A stretch of 39,928 bases of DNA, taken from the NCBI GenBank assembly GCA_964658025.1, contig CAZZXB010000003.1:11681-51608 (forward strand), written 5' to 3'. Source of the stretch: an uncultured Janthinobacterium sp. (GTDB taxonomy: Bacteria > Vulcanimicrobiota > Vulcanimicrobiia > Vulcanimicrobiales > Vulcanimicrobiaceae). Below the pieces are notes generated by a model. That model ran no database searches. It worked only from the letters and a program-made list of their open reading frames with translations, and was not told the origin of the DNA. How positions within the stretch are numbered: position 1 is the stretch's first letter; every line of letters starts with the position of its first letter. Positions 1 to 10,151 of this stretch are shown piece after piece. A program made the translations under genes and the position numbers.

Positions 1-1200
1 CGCGCGGATCTCGAGCGGAAACGTCTCGCTCACCGTGAGATAGGCCGAGCTCGCGCCCGCCGACGCGAAGAAAAAGATCACCGACCACGCGAGCGCGATC
101 GTCGTCGCATCGAGCGCGCCGCGCACGAAGAGCACGCCCGTGCCGAGTAAGAGGACCCCCGAGATCGCGTAGGTCCCCGCGATCATCGGCTTGCGGCCGA
201 CGACGTCGAAGAGCCGTCCGAGCACGAGCGGTCCGAGCAGATTACCGAGCGCGAACGGAAAGATATAGTACCCGACCTTCTCCGCCGGCACGCCGAAGAA
301 CGTGCCGAGCACGAGCGACTCCGTGAAGAAGATCGCGTTGTAGAGAAACGCCTGCGCGATCATGAGCGAGAGCGCGACGGCCGTTCGCGTGGGATACGTC
401 CGCACCATCGCGATCGCGACGTCGCGCAAGCCGTGGCGGCGGCCGAGATCGATCCGCATCGTACCGCGCGGCGGCGCGAACGGCGCGCCCGGATGCGAGC
501 GCGCGACCTCCGCTTCGATGGCCTCGACCGTCGCGCGCGCGCCCGCTTCGTCACCGTGCGTGAGCGACCAACGCGGGCTCTCCGGAATCGTCCGCCGCAA
601 GAACACGATCGCGAGCGCGAGGACCGCGCCCATCGCGAACGCGATCCGCCAGCCGTAGCGTTGATCGACGAGATGCGGATCGAGCAAGAAGATGCTCGCG
701 CCGCTTCCGAGCATCGCGCCGAACCAATACGTCCCGTTGATCGCGAGATCGACCCAACCCCGATGGGCCGACGGGATGAGCTCGTCGATCGTGGAGTTGA
801 TCGCCGAATACTCGCCGCCGATCGCGAGCCCCGTCGCGAAGCGGCAGATGGTAAAGCTCCAGACGTCCCACGAGAACGCCGTCGCGAGCGTCGCCGCGAC
901 GTAACACCCGAGCGTGATGAGGAAGAGCTTCTTGCGCCCGAAGCGGTCCGTGAGATAACCGAATCCGAGCGCGCCCGCGACGGCGCCGAGGATGTACGAC
1001 GATCCGGCGAATCCGACTTGCTCCGCCGAAAGCCCCAGCGTCGTCGCGTCCTGCAGGCGCGAGCCGATCGAGCCGACGATCGTCACCTCGAGCCCGTCGA
1101 GGATCCAGGTGATGCCGAGGCCGATCACCACGACCCAGTGCCAGCGACTCCACGGCAGACGATCGATCCGCTGCGGTACATCCGTCGTTACGACGCTCAT
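1..1200 (-). CDS. MFS transporter (sugar/aromatic-acid type), 3' end runs off the window
   Basis: Not in the ORF track because it is open at the edge. ATG at 1200 reads MSVVTTDVPQRIDRLPWSRWHWVVVIGLGITWILDGLEVTIVGSI..., with MFS motif A (GYLTDRFGRKK) and many hydrophobic helices. Confidence 0.85.
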   Translation of the reverse strand, partial: MSVVTTDVPQRIDRLPWSRWHWVVVIGLGITWILDGLEVTIVGSIGSRLQDATTLGLSAEQVGFAGSSYILGAVAGALGFGYLTDRFGRKKLFLITLGCYVAATLATAFSWDVWSFTICRFATGLAIGGEYSAINSTIDELIPSAHRGWVDLAINGTYWFGAMLGSGASIFLLDPHLVDQRYGWRIAFAMGAVLALAIVFLRRTIPESPRWSLTHGDEAGARATVEAIEAEVARSHPGAPFAPPRGTMRIDLGRRHGLRDVAIAMVRTYPTRTAVALSLMIAQAFLYNAIFFTESLVLGTFFGVPAEKVGYYIFPFALGNLLGPLVLGRLFDVVGRKPMIAGTYAISGVLLLGTGVLFVRGALDATTIALAWSVIFFFASAGASSAYLTVSETFPLEIRA

Positions 1201-1215
1201 GGGCGAGCCGTTCCC

Positions 1216-1250
1216 AAAAAGAAAACGGACGGCGCGCGTGCGCCGTCCGT
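1216..1250 (-). terminator. Rho-independent terminator downstream of aceA
   Basis: 11-bp perfect stem ACGGACGGCGC (1225-1235) / GCGCCGTCCGT (1240-1250), followed on the minus strand by TTTTCTTTTT. Confidence 0.75.
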
Positions 1251-1271
1251 CCAAAGCGAAGCCGTCGCGCC

Positions 1272-2573
<1,302 letters not shown>

Positions 2574-2725
2574 GACGGATGTACGTCCTCTCGGATATGC
2601 GGCGGGCGGCGGGAGCCGCGGCATTTGGGTGGGTCAGCGAGAATCGCTGGCCTGGTGGTTTCCGCATATAGCCCGGCGCTTCCCGTAACGCGAGTTCCTA
2701 CGAAGGTATCAAAATGCAAAAATAT

Positions 2726-4363
2726 TTATCGCGCCACGGGAGACGCTTCGAGTAAGCCCGCGTAGCGTTCGCGGAGTTCGCGTTTGAAGAACTTTCCGAC
2801 GCCCGTTCTCGGGACCGCGTCGACGAACACCACGCGATCGGGGAGCCACCAGCGCGCCACGCGCTGCGAGAGCCACGACGTGAGCTCGCCTTCGCCGAGT
2901 TCGCGGCCCTCGCGGAGCGCGACGACCGCGACGGGACGCTCGATCCACTTCGGATGCGCGAGCCCGATGACGGCCGCTTCGCGGACGGCGGGATGCCCCA
3001 TGATCGCGTTCTCGAGGTCGACGCTCGAGATCCACTCCCCGCCGGATTTCACGAGATCTTTCGTGCGATCGACGATCCGCATGTATCCGTAGCGATCGAT
3101 CGTGCAGACGTCGCCCGTGTTGAAGTACCCGTCGGCGAAGCACGGCAGCGCCTCGTCCACGCGGTAGTATCCGCTCGCGATCGAAAATCCGCGAACCCAG
3201 AGCGAGCCCGGCGTCGCGCCGTCGCGCGGGACCTCCGCACCGTCGTCGTCGAGCACCCTCCACGCGACGATCGGCGAGAAGCGACCCTGCGTGAGGAGGT
3301 GCTCGCGCGCGACCTCGGGCGTCGCGTCCGCGAGCTGCGCGACGAGCTTGCACGTCGTGCCGATCGGGCTCATCTCGGTCATGCCCCACGCGTGGATGAT
3401 CTGGATCCCGCGCGCGAGGAGATCGTCGTAGAGCGAGGGCGGACACGCCGAGCCGCCGATCACGAGCCGCGCGAGCGTCGGCAGCGTGCCGTCGCGACGT
3501 GCGAGTTCGTCGCGCACCGCGAGCCACACCGTCGGCACGCCGAGCGAGACGGTGACGCCCTCGCGTTCGACGATGTCGATCACGCTCGTCGGATCGAGTT
3601 TGGGCCCGGGAAGGACGAGCTTCGCGCCGACCATCGGCGCGACGTACGGAATGCCCCACGCGTTGACGTGGAACATCGGCACGATCGGGAGGACGGCGTC
3701 GCCCTGCGCGATCGCGAGCGACTCGGTGAGCCCCGCGGCGAACGCGTGCAAGACGGTCGAGCGATGCGTGAACACGACGCCCTTGGGATCGCCCGTCGTC
3801 GCCGAGGTGTAACAGAGGATCGCCGCATCGCGCTCGTCGAGTTCGGGCCACGCGAACGTCTCCGCTTCCGCCGCGATCAGCGTCTCGTAATCGCGCGCGG
3901 CCGGAAACGCTTCGGACGTCCCGCCCATGAGCACGACGGGCGGGATCGAGGCGAGATCGCCCGCCGCGGCGGCGGCGAGCGCCGGCGCGAGCGTCGCGTC
4001 GGCGAAGACGAATCGGTCGCGCGCGTGATCGAAGATCCACGCGAGTTGTTCGGGAAAGAGCCGCACGTTCGTCGTGTGCAGGACGGCGCCGATCATCGGC
4101 ACCGCATAATAGAGTTCGAGGTGGCGCCGGTCGTTCCACGCGAAGCTCGCCACGCGATCGCCCGGACCGACGCCGAGCCGCACGAGCGCGTTCGCGAGAC
4201 GCGCGACGCGACGTCCGAAATCCGCGTACGTATAGCGCTCGAGCGCGCCGTCGGCCTCGCGCCACACGACCTCACGATCGCCGTGGTTGCGGAGCGCGTG
4301 CTCGTAGATCCAGCGGATCGTGAGCGGGACGTCCATCATCGTTCCGGAGATCGCGTCGCTCAA
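2726..4363 (-). CDS. Medium/long-chain fatty-acyl-CoA ligase (AlkK/DmdB-like, AMP-binding)
   Basis: YTSATTGDPKG, PMFHVNAWG, WGMTE, TGD and DRTKDLVKSGGEWISS motifs. TTG start at 4363 overlaps the upstream TGA (TTGA); alternative ATG at 4339. Confidence 0.9.
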   Translation of the reverse strand: MSDAISGTMMDVPLTIRWIYEHALRNHGDREVVWREADGALERYTYADFGRRVARLANALVRLGVGPGDRVASFAWNDRRHLELYYAVPMIGAVLHTTNVRLFPEQLAWIFDHARDRFVFADATLAPALAAAAAGDLASIPPVVLMGGTSEAFPAARDYETLIAAEAETFAWPELDERDAAILCYTSATTGDPKGVVFTHRSTVLHAFAAGLTESLAIAQGDAVLPIVPMFHVNAWGIPYVAPMVGAKLVLPGPKLDPTSVIDIVEREGVTVSLGVPTVWLAVRDELARRDGTLPTLARLVIGGSACPPSLYDDLLARGIQIIHAWGMTEMSPIGTTCKLVAQLADATPEVAREHLLTQGRFSPIVAWRVLDDDGAEVPRDGATPGSLWVRGFSIASGYYRVDEALPCFADGYFNTGDVCTIDRYGYMRIVDRTKDLVKSGGEWISSVDLENAIMGHPAVREAAVIGLAHPKWIERPVAVVALREGRELGEGELTSWLSQRVARWWLPDRVVFVDAVPRTGVGKFFKRELRERYAGLLEASPVAR

Positions 4364-4713
4364 TCGTCGCCCTCGTGGAGATGGAGATGCGTCCCCTCCT
4401 CGGCGTCGTCGAGCACCTCGCGCGCCTCCGCGAGAACCGTCGACGAGAGCTCGCCGCCGTCGCCGATCGAGCCGTCCTCGCCGAGAAAATCGGTCTCGGC
4501 CCAATCTTCCCACGTCTCGAGCGGCTCGCCGTCCACCTCGGCGGGGAAACGGACGCAGTAGCCCTGCTCGATGTGCAGTCCCGTGACCGTCACCCGCGTG
4601 CCGCGCGCGAAGTAGGTTCCGTCTTTCCAGAGCGTGCCGTAGGTCGTTTGGTAGTTCTGTCCGATCCGTAGCGCTTCGATGATCAGTCGGCCCCTTTTTT
4701 CGATTTCGTCCAA
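4360..4713 (-). CDS. Small acidic hypothetical protein (117 aa)
   Basis: Protein-like composition, unlike the Arg-rich shadow ORFs; its stop overlaps the ligase start. Confidence 0.7.
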   Translation of the reverse strand: MDEIEKRGRLIIEALRIGQNYQTTYGTLWKDGTYFARGTRVTVTGLHIEQGYCVRFPAEVDGEPLETWEDWAETDFLGEDGSIGDGGELSSTVLAEAREVLDDAEEGTHLHLHEGDD

Positions 4714-4768
4714 ACTTGGCCGCCGGGCGGCTTGAGTCTTTGCGCGCCGGGGGCGTAGACTCGGACGT

Positions 4769-5323
4769 GTGAAGACGGGCGACCCGGGCGGCTGGAAGGT
4801 CGTCGATTCCGCGATCGTGATCGAGACGCCGCATCTGCGTTTGCGCCGCGACGAGATCGAACTGCCGAGCGGGACGCGCGTCGGTCCGTATTACGTCCGC
4901 GAATCGCGCGGCTTCGCGGTCGTTTTCGCGCTGACTGCGGACGACCGCGTCGTGCTCGTCCGCCAGTACAAGCACGGCATCGGACGCGTCCTTCTCGAGC
5001 TCCCGGCCGGCGGGATCGATCCGGACGAGACGCCGGAGCGCTGCGCCGAACGCGAACTCCGCGAGGAGACGGGGTACGCGGGCGCGCTGGAACGGATCGG
5101 CGCGTACGTCTTCGATCCGACGTCTTCGACGACGGTCTATCATCTCTATCTCGCGCGCGACGCGCGTCCCGTCGGCGCGACGTCGTTCGACGAAACCGAG
5201 GCGATCGAAACGATCCTCGCCGCGCCGGAGGACGTCCGCCGTTTCGCGCGTGACGGAACGATCGAAGTCGGGATCCACATCGCCTCGATCTATACGGTCT
5301 TGGATCATTTGGGCCGACTCTGA
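4769..5323 (+). CDS. NUDIX hydrolase (ADP-ribose pyrophosphatase-like)
   Basis: Nudix box GGIDPDETPERCAERELREETGY, plus LVRQYK and LELPAG. Confidence 0.92.
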   Translation: MKTGDPGGWKVVDSAIVIETPHLRLRRDEIELPSGTRVGPYYVRESRGFAVVFALTADDRVVLVRQYKHGIGRVLLELPAGGIDPDETPERCAERELREETGYAGALERIGAYVFDPTSSTTVYHLYLARDARPVGATSFDETEAIETILAAPEDVRRFARDGTIEVGIHIASIYTVLDHLGRL

Positions 5324-5328
5324 GAGAG

Positions 5329-6633
5329 ATGGGAAATCGGAATCGGTCGTCGTCGGGCGCGATCGCGACGGTCGTGCTGGCGCTCGCATTCGGTGCGTCG
5401 GCCCTGGGGATCGCACCCGCGACGATGCTCGCGCGCGCTATGGAAACGGCGCGCGGTTCGACGGCGGGCACGGAATCGGTGCGCGGTTCCGGCTCCGGCG
5501 CGACGGATTCGGCACGTGGTTCGGCCGGCGGCGCGACGGCGGCGGCGGCGCGCGACACGACGGACGATCGCGCGAAGCCGCGGAGCTCGGCGGGCGAAAG
5601 CGGCGACGGGTGTCCGCACTATCGCTCCAATCCGATGTGTCGCCCGCTCCCGAAGCATCCGCATCTGAGCGCGCACGACCGCGCGTGGGCCGCGTTACTG
5701 TTCCAACCGACGCGCGATTATCTGCCGGGCTTCAACGCGGGCGTGGGGTTGGCGCGAAGCCATCCGTTCTCCGACCGTCGCGACGGCTCCGATCCGCCGC
5801 TCGCCCACGCGTCGCGCGAGACGATGGTGCCGCAGGTCGTCGCGTGCGATCGCGTGCCGTGGGGAGCGTGGTCGTGCGGGCGAGCGCATCTCGACGGCGC
5901 GACCGTCGACTTCCCCGCGGACACCGAACCCGCGGGCAACACCGACCACCATCTCGCCTGGACCGATCCCGCGCGCCGCGGAAATTTCAACTGCTGGCTC
6001 TGCGTTCCGCCGGGTCCGCCGCACGCGACGATCCACATCGGAACGCTCGGCTTCTGTTCGTGGGACGGCGCGCGTCGCGGCGACGACCGCGGGACGGGGA
6101 CGGGTTGCTCGGGCGCGACGGCGACCGACATCGAGAACACGATCGGCAGCATCACCGCGGCCGACTTCGCGCGCGCGGAGCGCGATCGCGAACACGGCAC
6201 GTTCGGCCACGCGCTCTCCGTCGCGGCGCTCTGCGCCGATCCGAGTTTCGTCTATCCCGCGACCGCGTCGGACGGCAAGAACACGGACGCGAGCTCCGCA
6301 TGCGCGGGACACCTGGGCGCGGGCGATCGTCCGCCGGAAGGGACGCGGATATTTCTCGATCGGAGCGACGCCGAGATCGACGCGCTCGCGTTACCGCAAT
6401 ACAATAAAGCGTGGCTACGGACGCTCGATCGCGAGCACTACGGCGCGACGATCGTCGATACGAATTGGCAGGGCGCGCCCGGGATCTCCGCCGCGTACCA
6501 ACGCGACGATTTTTCCGCGCAGGCGCGCGAGGCGGGGATCGTGCCGTCGTCCTACGCGGCGATCCCGCTCGCGCTCGATACGCTCGAACTCGTGCGGGAC
6601 GTGCGTTTCTGCGCGAGCGGCGATTGCCGTTAA
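5329..6633 (+). CDS. Secreted Cys-rich hypothetical protein (paralog A)
   Basis: Signal-peptide-like N-terminus and a Gly/Ser/Thr/Ala linker, then a domain colinear with 12843..14234 (e.g. ALCAD.FVYPA.ASDG.NTD, LRTLDREHYG.TI.DTNW.GAPG). Confidence 0.8.
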   Translation: MGNRNRSSSGAIATVVLALAFGASALGIAPATMLARAMETARGSTAGTESVRGSGSGATDSARGSAGGATAAAARDTTDDRAKPRSSAGESGDGCPHYRSNPMCRPLPKHPHLSAHDRAWAALLFQPTRDYLPGFNAGVGLARSHPFSDRRDGSDPPLAHASRETMVPQVVACDRVPWGAWSCGRAHLDGATVDFPADTEPAGNTDHHLAWTDPARRGNFNCWLCVPPGPPHATIHIGTLGFCSWDGARRGDDRGTGTGCSGATATDIENTIGSITAADFARAERDREHGTFGHALSVAALCADPSFVYPATASDGKNTDASSACAGHLGAGDRPPEGTRIFLDRSDAEIDALALPQYNKAWLRTLDREHYGATIVDTNWQGAPGISAAYQRDDFSAQAREAGIVPSSYAAIPLALDTLELVRDVRFCASGDCR

Positions 6634-6752
6634 GCCGTCCGCGCCGCCCTCGCGGAGCCGGGCGGGGCGGCTCGCGTCGTATCGCGCGCCGCGGAAATCG
6701 GACCCGGTTCGGCGAGTAAGCGCACGACCCGCGGAGCCGGGCGAACGGCGGT

Positions 6753-6772
6753 AAATAGCTACATAGCTATTT
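6753..6772. promoter_or_regulatory. AT-rich perfect palindrome, putative operator
   Basis: AAATAGCTA-CA-TAGCTATTT, about 90 bp upstream of the cytochrome c gene. Confidence 0.5.
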
Positions 6773-6860
6773 GGACGTCGGGCGAGAATACTTGAAGGCA
6801 CCCTGCGTTTTCGTGCAGAAAATTTCTTCCGAAGCATCCTCCTATTCGAGGTGGTATACG

Positions 6861-7562
6861 ATGTCGGAATTTTCCTATGGTTCGGTCGACGAGAAATCGG
6901 TCGGCGCTCGCTCGACGGTCGCGAAAACGGCCGCGGCGTTGTCGACGATCGTGACGATCGCGTGTCTCGCGGTGTTCTTCATCTTCCTCGGCGACACGCG
7001 TGCCGCCGGGACGGAAGAGCATAGTCTCCAGATCACCGACACGACGTTCCGGTGTATCTCGAAGATGACGCCCGTACGCGACTTCTTCGTCGATAACCTG
7101 ACCGGAAATCTGCAGGGCACGCTCGCGGTCGCCCGAGCCGGTCACGGCCGATATCCCGAAGGTACGGTCCTGCAGTTGATCCCGAACGAAGCGATGATCA
7201 AGCAACAGCCGGGCTATAGCCCCAAGACGAACGACTGGGAATTTTTCGCGCTCAAGTCGAGCAAGGACGGCACCAAGATCGTCAGCCGCGGGCGCACGGA
7301 AGTGAATAACTTTCTCGGGCTCAATTGCTTCGCTTGCCACAAAGCGGCGCGGTCGGAGTTCGATCTCGTCTGCCAACAGAACCACGGTTGCACCCCGCTC
7401 CCACTCACGGAAGCGATGTTCCACGCCGTGCAAGATACCGATCCGCGGTGCCGGCCCGCGAAACCGGTGACCGCCGAGGACACCGCCGCCCTCAAAGCGC
7501 TCGGACCTGCGATCAAGAAGATGCTCAAGAACGAGGCCGCGGTCAACAAGAAAACCGGCTGA
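6861..7562 (+). CDS. Exported monohaem c-type cytochrome, cytochrome P460/c'-beta-like
   Basis: N-terminal hydrophobic helix. YPEGTVL...AMIK...NDWEFF pattern precedes a late CFACH haem motif. ATG at 6861 with a GAGGTG RBS. Confidence 0.7.
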   Translation: MSEFSYGSVDEKSVGARSTVAKTAAALSTIVTIACLAVFFIFLGDTRAAGTEEHSLQITDTTFRCISKMTPVRDFFVDNLTGNLQGTLAVARAGHGRYPEGTVLQLIPNEAMIKQQPGYSPKTNDWEFFALKSSKDGTKIVSRGRTEVNNFLGLNCFACHKAARSEFDLVCQQNHGCTPLPLTEAMFHAVQDTDPRCRPAKPVTAEDTAALKALGPAIKKMLKNEAAVNKKTG

Positions 7563-7662
7563 CCGCTCCGTCCGGCGCGACGGCGCGGCGCGCCGATCGA
7601 TCCGCCCTCGCCCCGGAACCGCGACGGAGGCTTCGTCTATCGCCGTTCCGTACTCGCCCACG

Positions 7663-8691
7663 ATGCCGCACCGCCGGGCTCCCGCGATCGCGCATCTCAC
7701 GCTGATCCTGCTGTGCGCTTCGCTCTGCGCGTGCTCGCGACACGCGGCGGCGAACGGCGGCTTCGAGCTCGGCATGGTCACGGACGTCGGCGGCCTCGGC
7801 GACAGATCGTTCAACGATTCGGCGTACGCCGGTCTCGTCGAAGCGAAACGACGCTTGGGCGCGGGCGTCCAGGTTCTCGAATCCAAATCGGCGGCCGACT
7901 ATCAGCCCAACCTCACGGCGCTCGCGGATCAAGGCTTCGACGACGTCTTCGCGATCGGATTTCTCATGAGAGACGACGTGTCGCTCGTCGCGCACGATTA
8001 TCCGCAGCGTCGTTTCGCGATCGTCGATGCGGTCGTCGCGGCACCGAACGTCTCGTCGATCACCTTTCGCGAACAGGAGAGTTCGTTTCTCGCGGGCGCG
8101 CTCGCCGCGATGATGTCCCGGACGCACCGGATCGGTTTTCTCGGCGGCGTCGACGTCCCGCTCTTGCGCAAATTCGAAGCGGGATACGTCGCGGGCGCGC
8201 GCGAGATCGATCCGCACATCGACGTCGCGATCAAATACGTCGGCTCGTTCCAGGACGTCGCCTCGGGGAAGGAACTCGCGGGCGTGATCTACGGCGGCGG
8301 TTCGGACGTGTTGTTCGTCGCCGCCGGAAAGTCGGGGCTCGGCGCGATCGACGAAACGCGCGCGCGCAGCGGCGTCTACGCGATCGGCGTCGATGCGGAT
8401 CAGGACGGCCTGGCGCCCGGCAAGATCCTCACGAGCGTCCTCAAGCACGTCGACGTCGCCGTCTTCCACATCGCGCAACGCGTGCGCGCCGGGACGTTTC
8501 CGTCGGGCGCGGTCGAGTTCGGGCTCGCGAGTAACGGCGTCGGGCTGACGGATTTTCGCTATACGCGAGCGGCGATCGGCGCCGCGCGGATCGCGCGCAT
8601 CGCGGCGCTCCGCGACGCGATCGTCGCCCGACGCATCGTCCCGCCGTCCACGCGCGAGGGGCTCGCCGCGTTCCGGCCCGTGAAGATCTGA
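7663..8691 (+). CDS. BMP-family (nucleoside) ABC transporter substrate-binding lipoprotein
   Basis: Lipobox LCAC; GGLGDRSFNDSAY, F.EQE.SFLAG, AIGVDADQ and LTSVLK.VD motifs. Confidence 0.92.
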   Translation: MPHRRAPAIAHLTLILLCASLCACSRHAAANGGFELGMVTDVGGLGDRSFNDSAYAGLVEAKRRLGAGVQVLESKSAADYQPNLTALADQGFDDVFAIGFLMRDDVSLVAHDYPQRRFAIVDAVVAAPNVSSITFREQESSFLAGALAAMMSRTHRIGFLGGVDVPLLRKFEAGYVAGAREIDPHIDVAIKYVGSFQDVASGKELAGVIYGGGSDVLFVAAGKSGLGAIDETRARSGVYAIGVDADQDGLAPGKILTSVLKHVDVAVFHIAQRVRAGTFPSGAVEFGLASNGVGLTDFRYTRAAIGAARIARIAALRDAIVARRIVPPSTREGLAAFRPVKI

Positions 8692-10151
8692 GCGTCCGCG
8701 CCGGAATCGCGCTCGAACTGCGCGACGTCGTGAAGGTCTTTCCGAGCGGCCTCCGCGCGCTCGACCGGGTGACGCTCGATCTCGCCTCGGGCGAACTGCA
8801 CGCGCTCTGCGGCGAGAACGGCGCCGGCAAATCGACGCTCGCGCGCATCGCCGCGGGTACGCTCGCACCGACGAGCGGGAGCGTGACGTCGCGCGGACCC
8901 GTCGGTTTCGTCCGTCAGCACGTCGAACTCGTCGGTCCGCTCCGCGTCTGGGAGAACGTCGCGCTCGGAAACGAACCGCGCCGGGGCCCGCGCATCGACC
9001 GCGACGCCGCGTGCGAACGCGTTCGCGAACTCGGCGCGCGCTGCGGTCTCACGGTCGATCCCGACGCGATCGTCGCGTCGCTTCCGATCGGGATCGCGCA
9101 ACGCGTGGAGATCCTGCGCGCGCTCGCGCGCGAACCCGAGACGCTCGTGCTCGACGAACCGACGGCCGTGCTCGCACCCGCCGAGATCGAGACGCTCTTC
9201 GCCGCGCTCCGGCGACTCGCGGCGGGCGGCACGGCCGTCCTCGTCATCACGCACAAACTCGCCGAGGCGATCGCGTACGCGACGCGCGTCACGGTGTTGC
9301 GCGCGGGTCGCGTCGTCTTACGCACGACGACCGAGGCGACGTCGAGCGACGCGATCGCGCGCGCGATGATCGGTGGCGACGTCGCCCGCGTCGCCGCTCG
9401 CGAACCGATCGCGCGGACGACGATGCTCGCGGTTCGCGATCTCGCCGCCGGTCGCGGCGCGCACGCGCTCCGCGGCGTCAGCTTCGACGTGCGCGGCGGC
9501 GAAATCGTCGGCATCGTCGGCGTCGAGGGGAACGGTCAGACGGCGCTCTGCGACGCCATCGCGGGGAGGCTCGCGCATCGCGGCACGATCTCGCTCGCGG
9601 GCGCGACGTTGCGCCCGCTCGACGTCGGCGCGCGCGCCGCGGCGGGCGCGCGAATCGTGCCGCAAGACCGCGATCGCGAAGGGCTCGTCACGACGTGGAA
9701 CGTCGTCGACAACGCGATCCTCGGCGATCACGCGCGGCCGGAGTTCCGTCGCGGCGCGACGATCGACCGCCGCGCCGCGACGGCGTTCGCGGCGACCGTC
9801 GTGCGCGACTACGACATCCGCACGTCCTCGCTCGCGACGCCCGTCGCGCAACTCTCCGGAGGCAACCGACAGAAGCTCGTCGTCGGTCGCGCGCTCGCGC
9901 ACGCGCCGCGTTTCGTCCTCGCGTACCAGCCGACGCGCGGGATCGACGTCGGTGCGGCAGCGCTCGTGCGCTCGCGACTCGTCGGAGCGCGTAACGCGGG
10001 CGTCGCCGTGCTCTTGGTGAGCTTCGAACTCGACGAGGTGCTCGCGCTCGCCGACCGCATCGTCGTGCTCTTCCGCGGAAGCGCGGTCGCCGAATTCGAC
10101 TCCGACCGCTTCGACCGCGCGCGCATCGGCGCGGCGATGGCCGGTGCCTGA
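8688..10151 (+). CDS. CUT2-type ABC transporter ATP-binding protein (tandem ATPase domains)
   Basis: Walker A GENGAGKST, LDEPT, LSGGNRQK and QPTRGIDVGA. The conserved ALELRDVVK lies upstream of the track start (8730), so a CTG start at 8688 is proposed. Confidence 0.9.
   Translation: MSVRAGIALELRDVVKVFPSGLRALDRVTLDLASGELHALCGENGAGKSTLARIAAGTLAPTSGSVTSRGPVGFVRQHVELVGPLRVWENVALGNEPRRGPRIDRDAACERVRELGARCGLTVDPDAIVASLPIGIAQRVEILRALAREPETLVLDEPTAVLAPAEIETLFAALRRLAAGGTAVLVITHKLAEAIAYATRVTVLRAGRVVLRTTTEATSSDAIARAMIGGDVARVAAREPIARTTMLAVRDLAAGRGAHALRGVSFDVRGGEIVGIVGVEGNGQTALCDAIAGRLAHRGTISLAGATLRPLDVGARAAAGARIVPQDRDREGLVTTWNVVDNAILGDHARPEFRRGATIDRRAATAFAATVVRDYDIRTSSLATPVAQLSGGNRQKLVVGRALAHAPRFVLAYQPTRGIDVGAAALVRSRLVGARNAGVAVLLVSFELDEVLALADRIVVLFRGSAVAEFDSDRFDRARIGAAMAGA

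Noticed and set aside
2684..2730. AT-rich stretch upstream of aceA (CAAAATGCAAAAATATTTAT) as a RamB-like or LexA-like operator
   Set aside because: Only a partial resemblance with no clean palindrome; probably just promoter DNA.
2726..5416. Apparent long fusions in the track (896 aa here; also 18236..20155, 22637..25720, 12034..13602, 35209..36999)
   Set aside because: The N-terminal extensions are open shadow frames; real starts are internal and mostly marked by NTGA stop/start overlaps.
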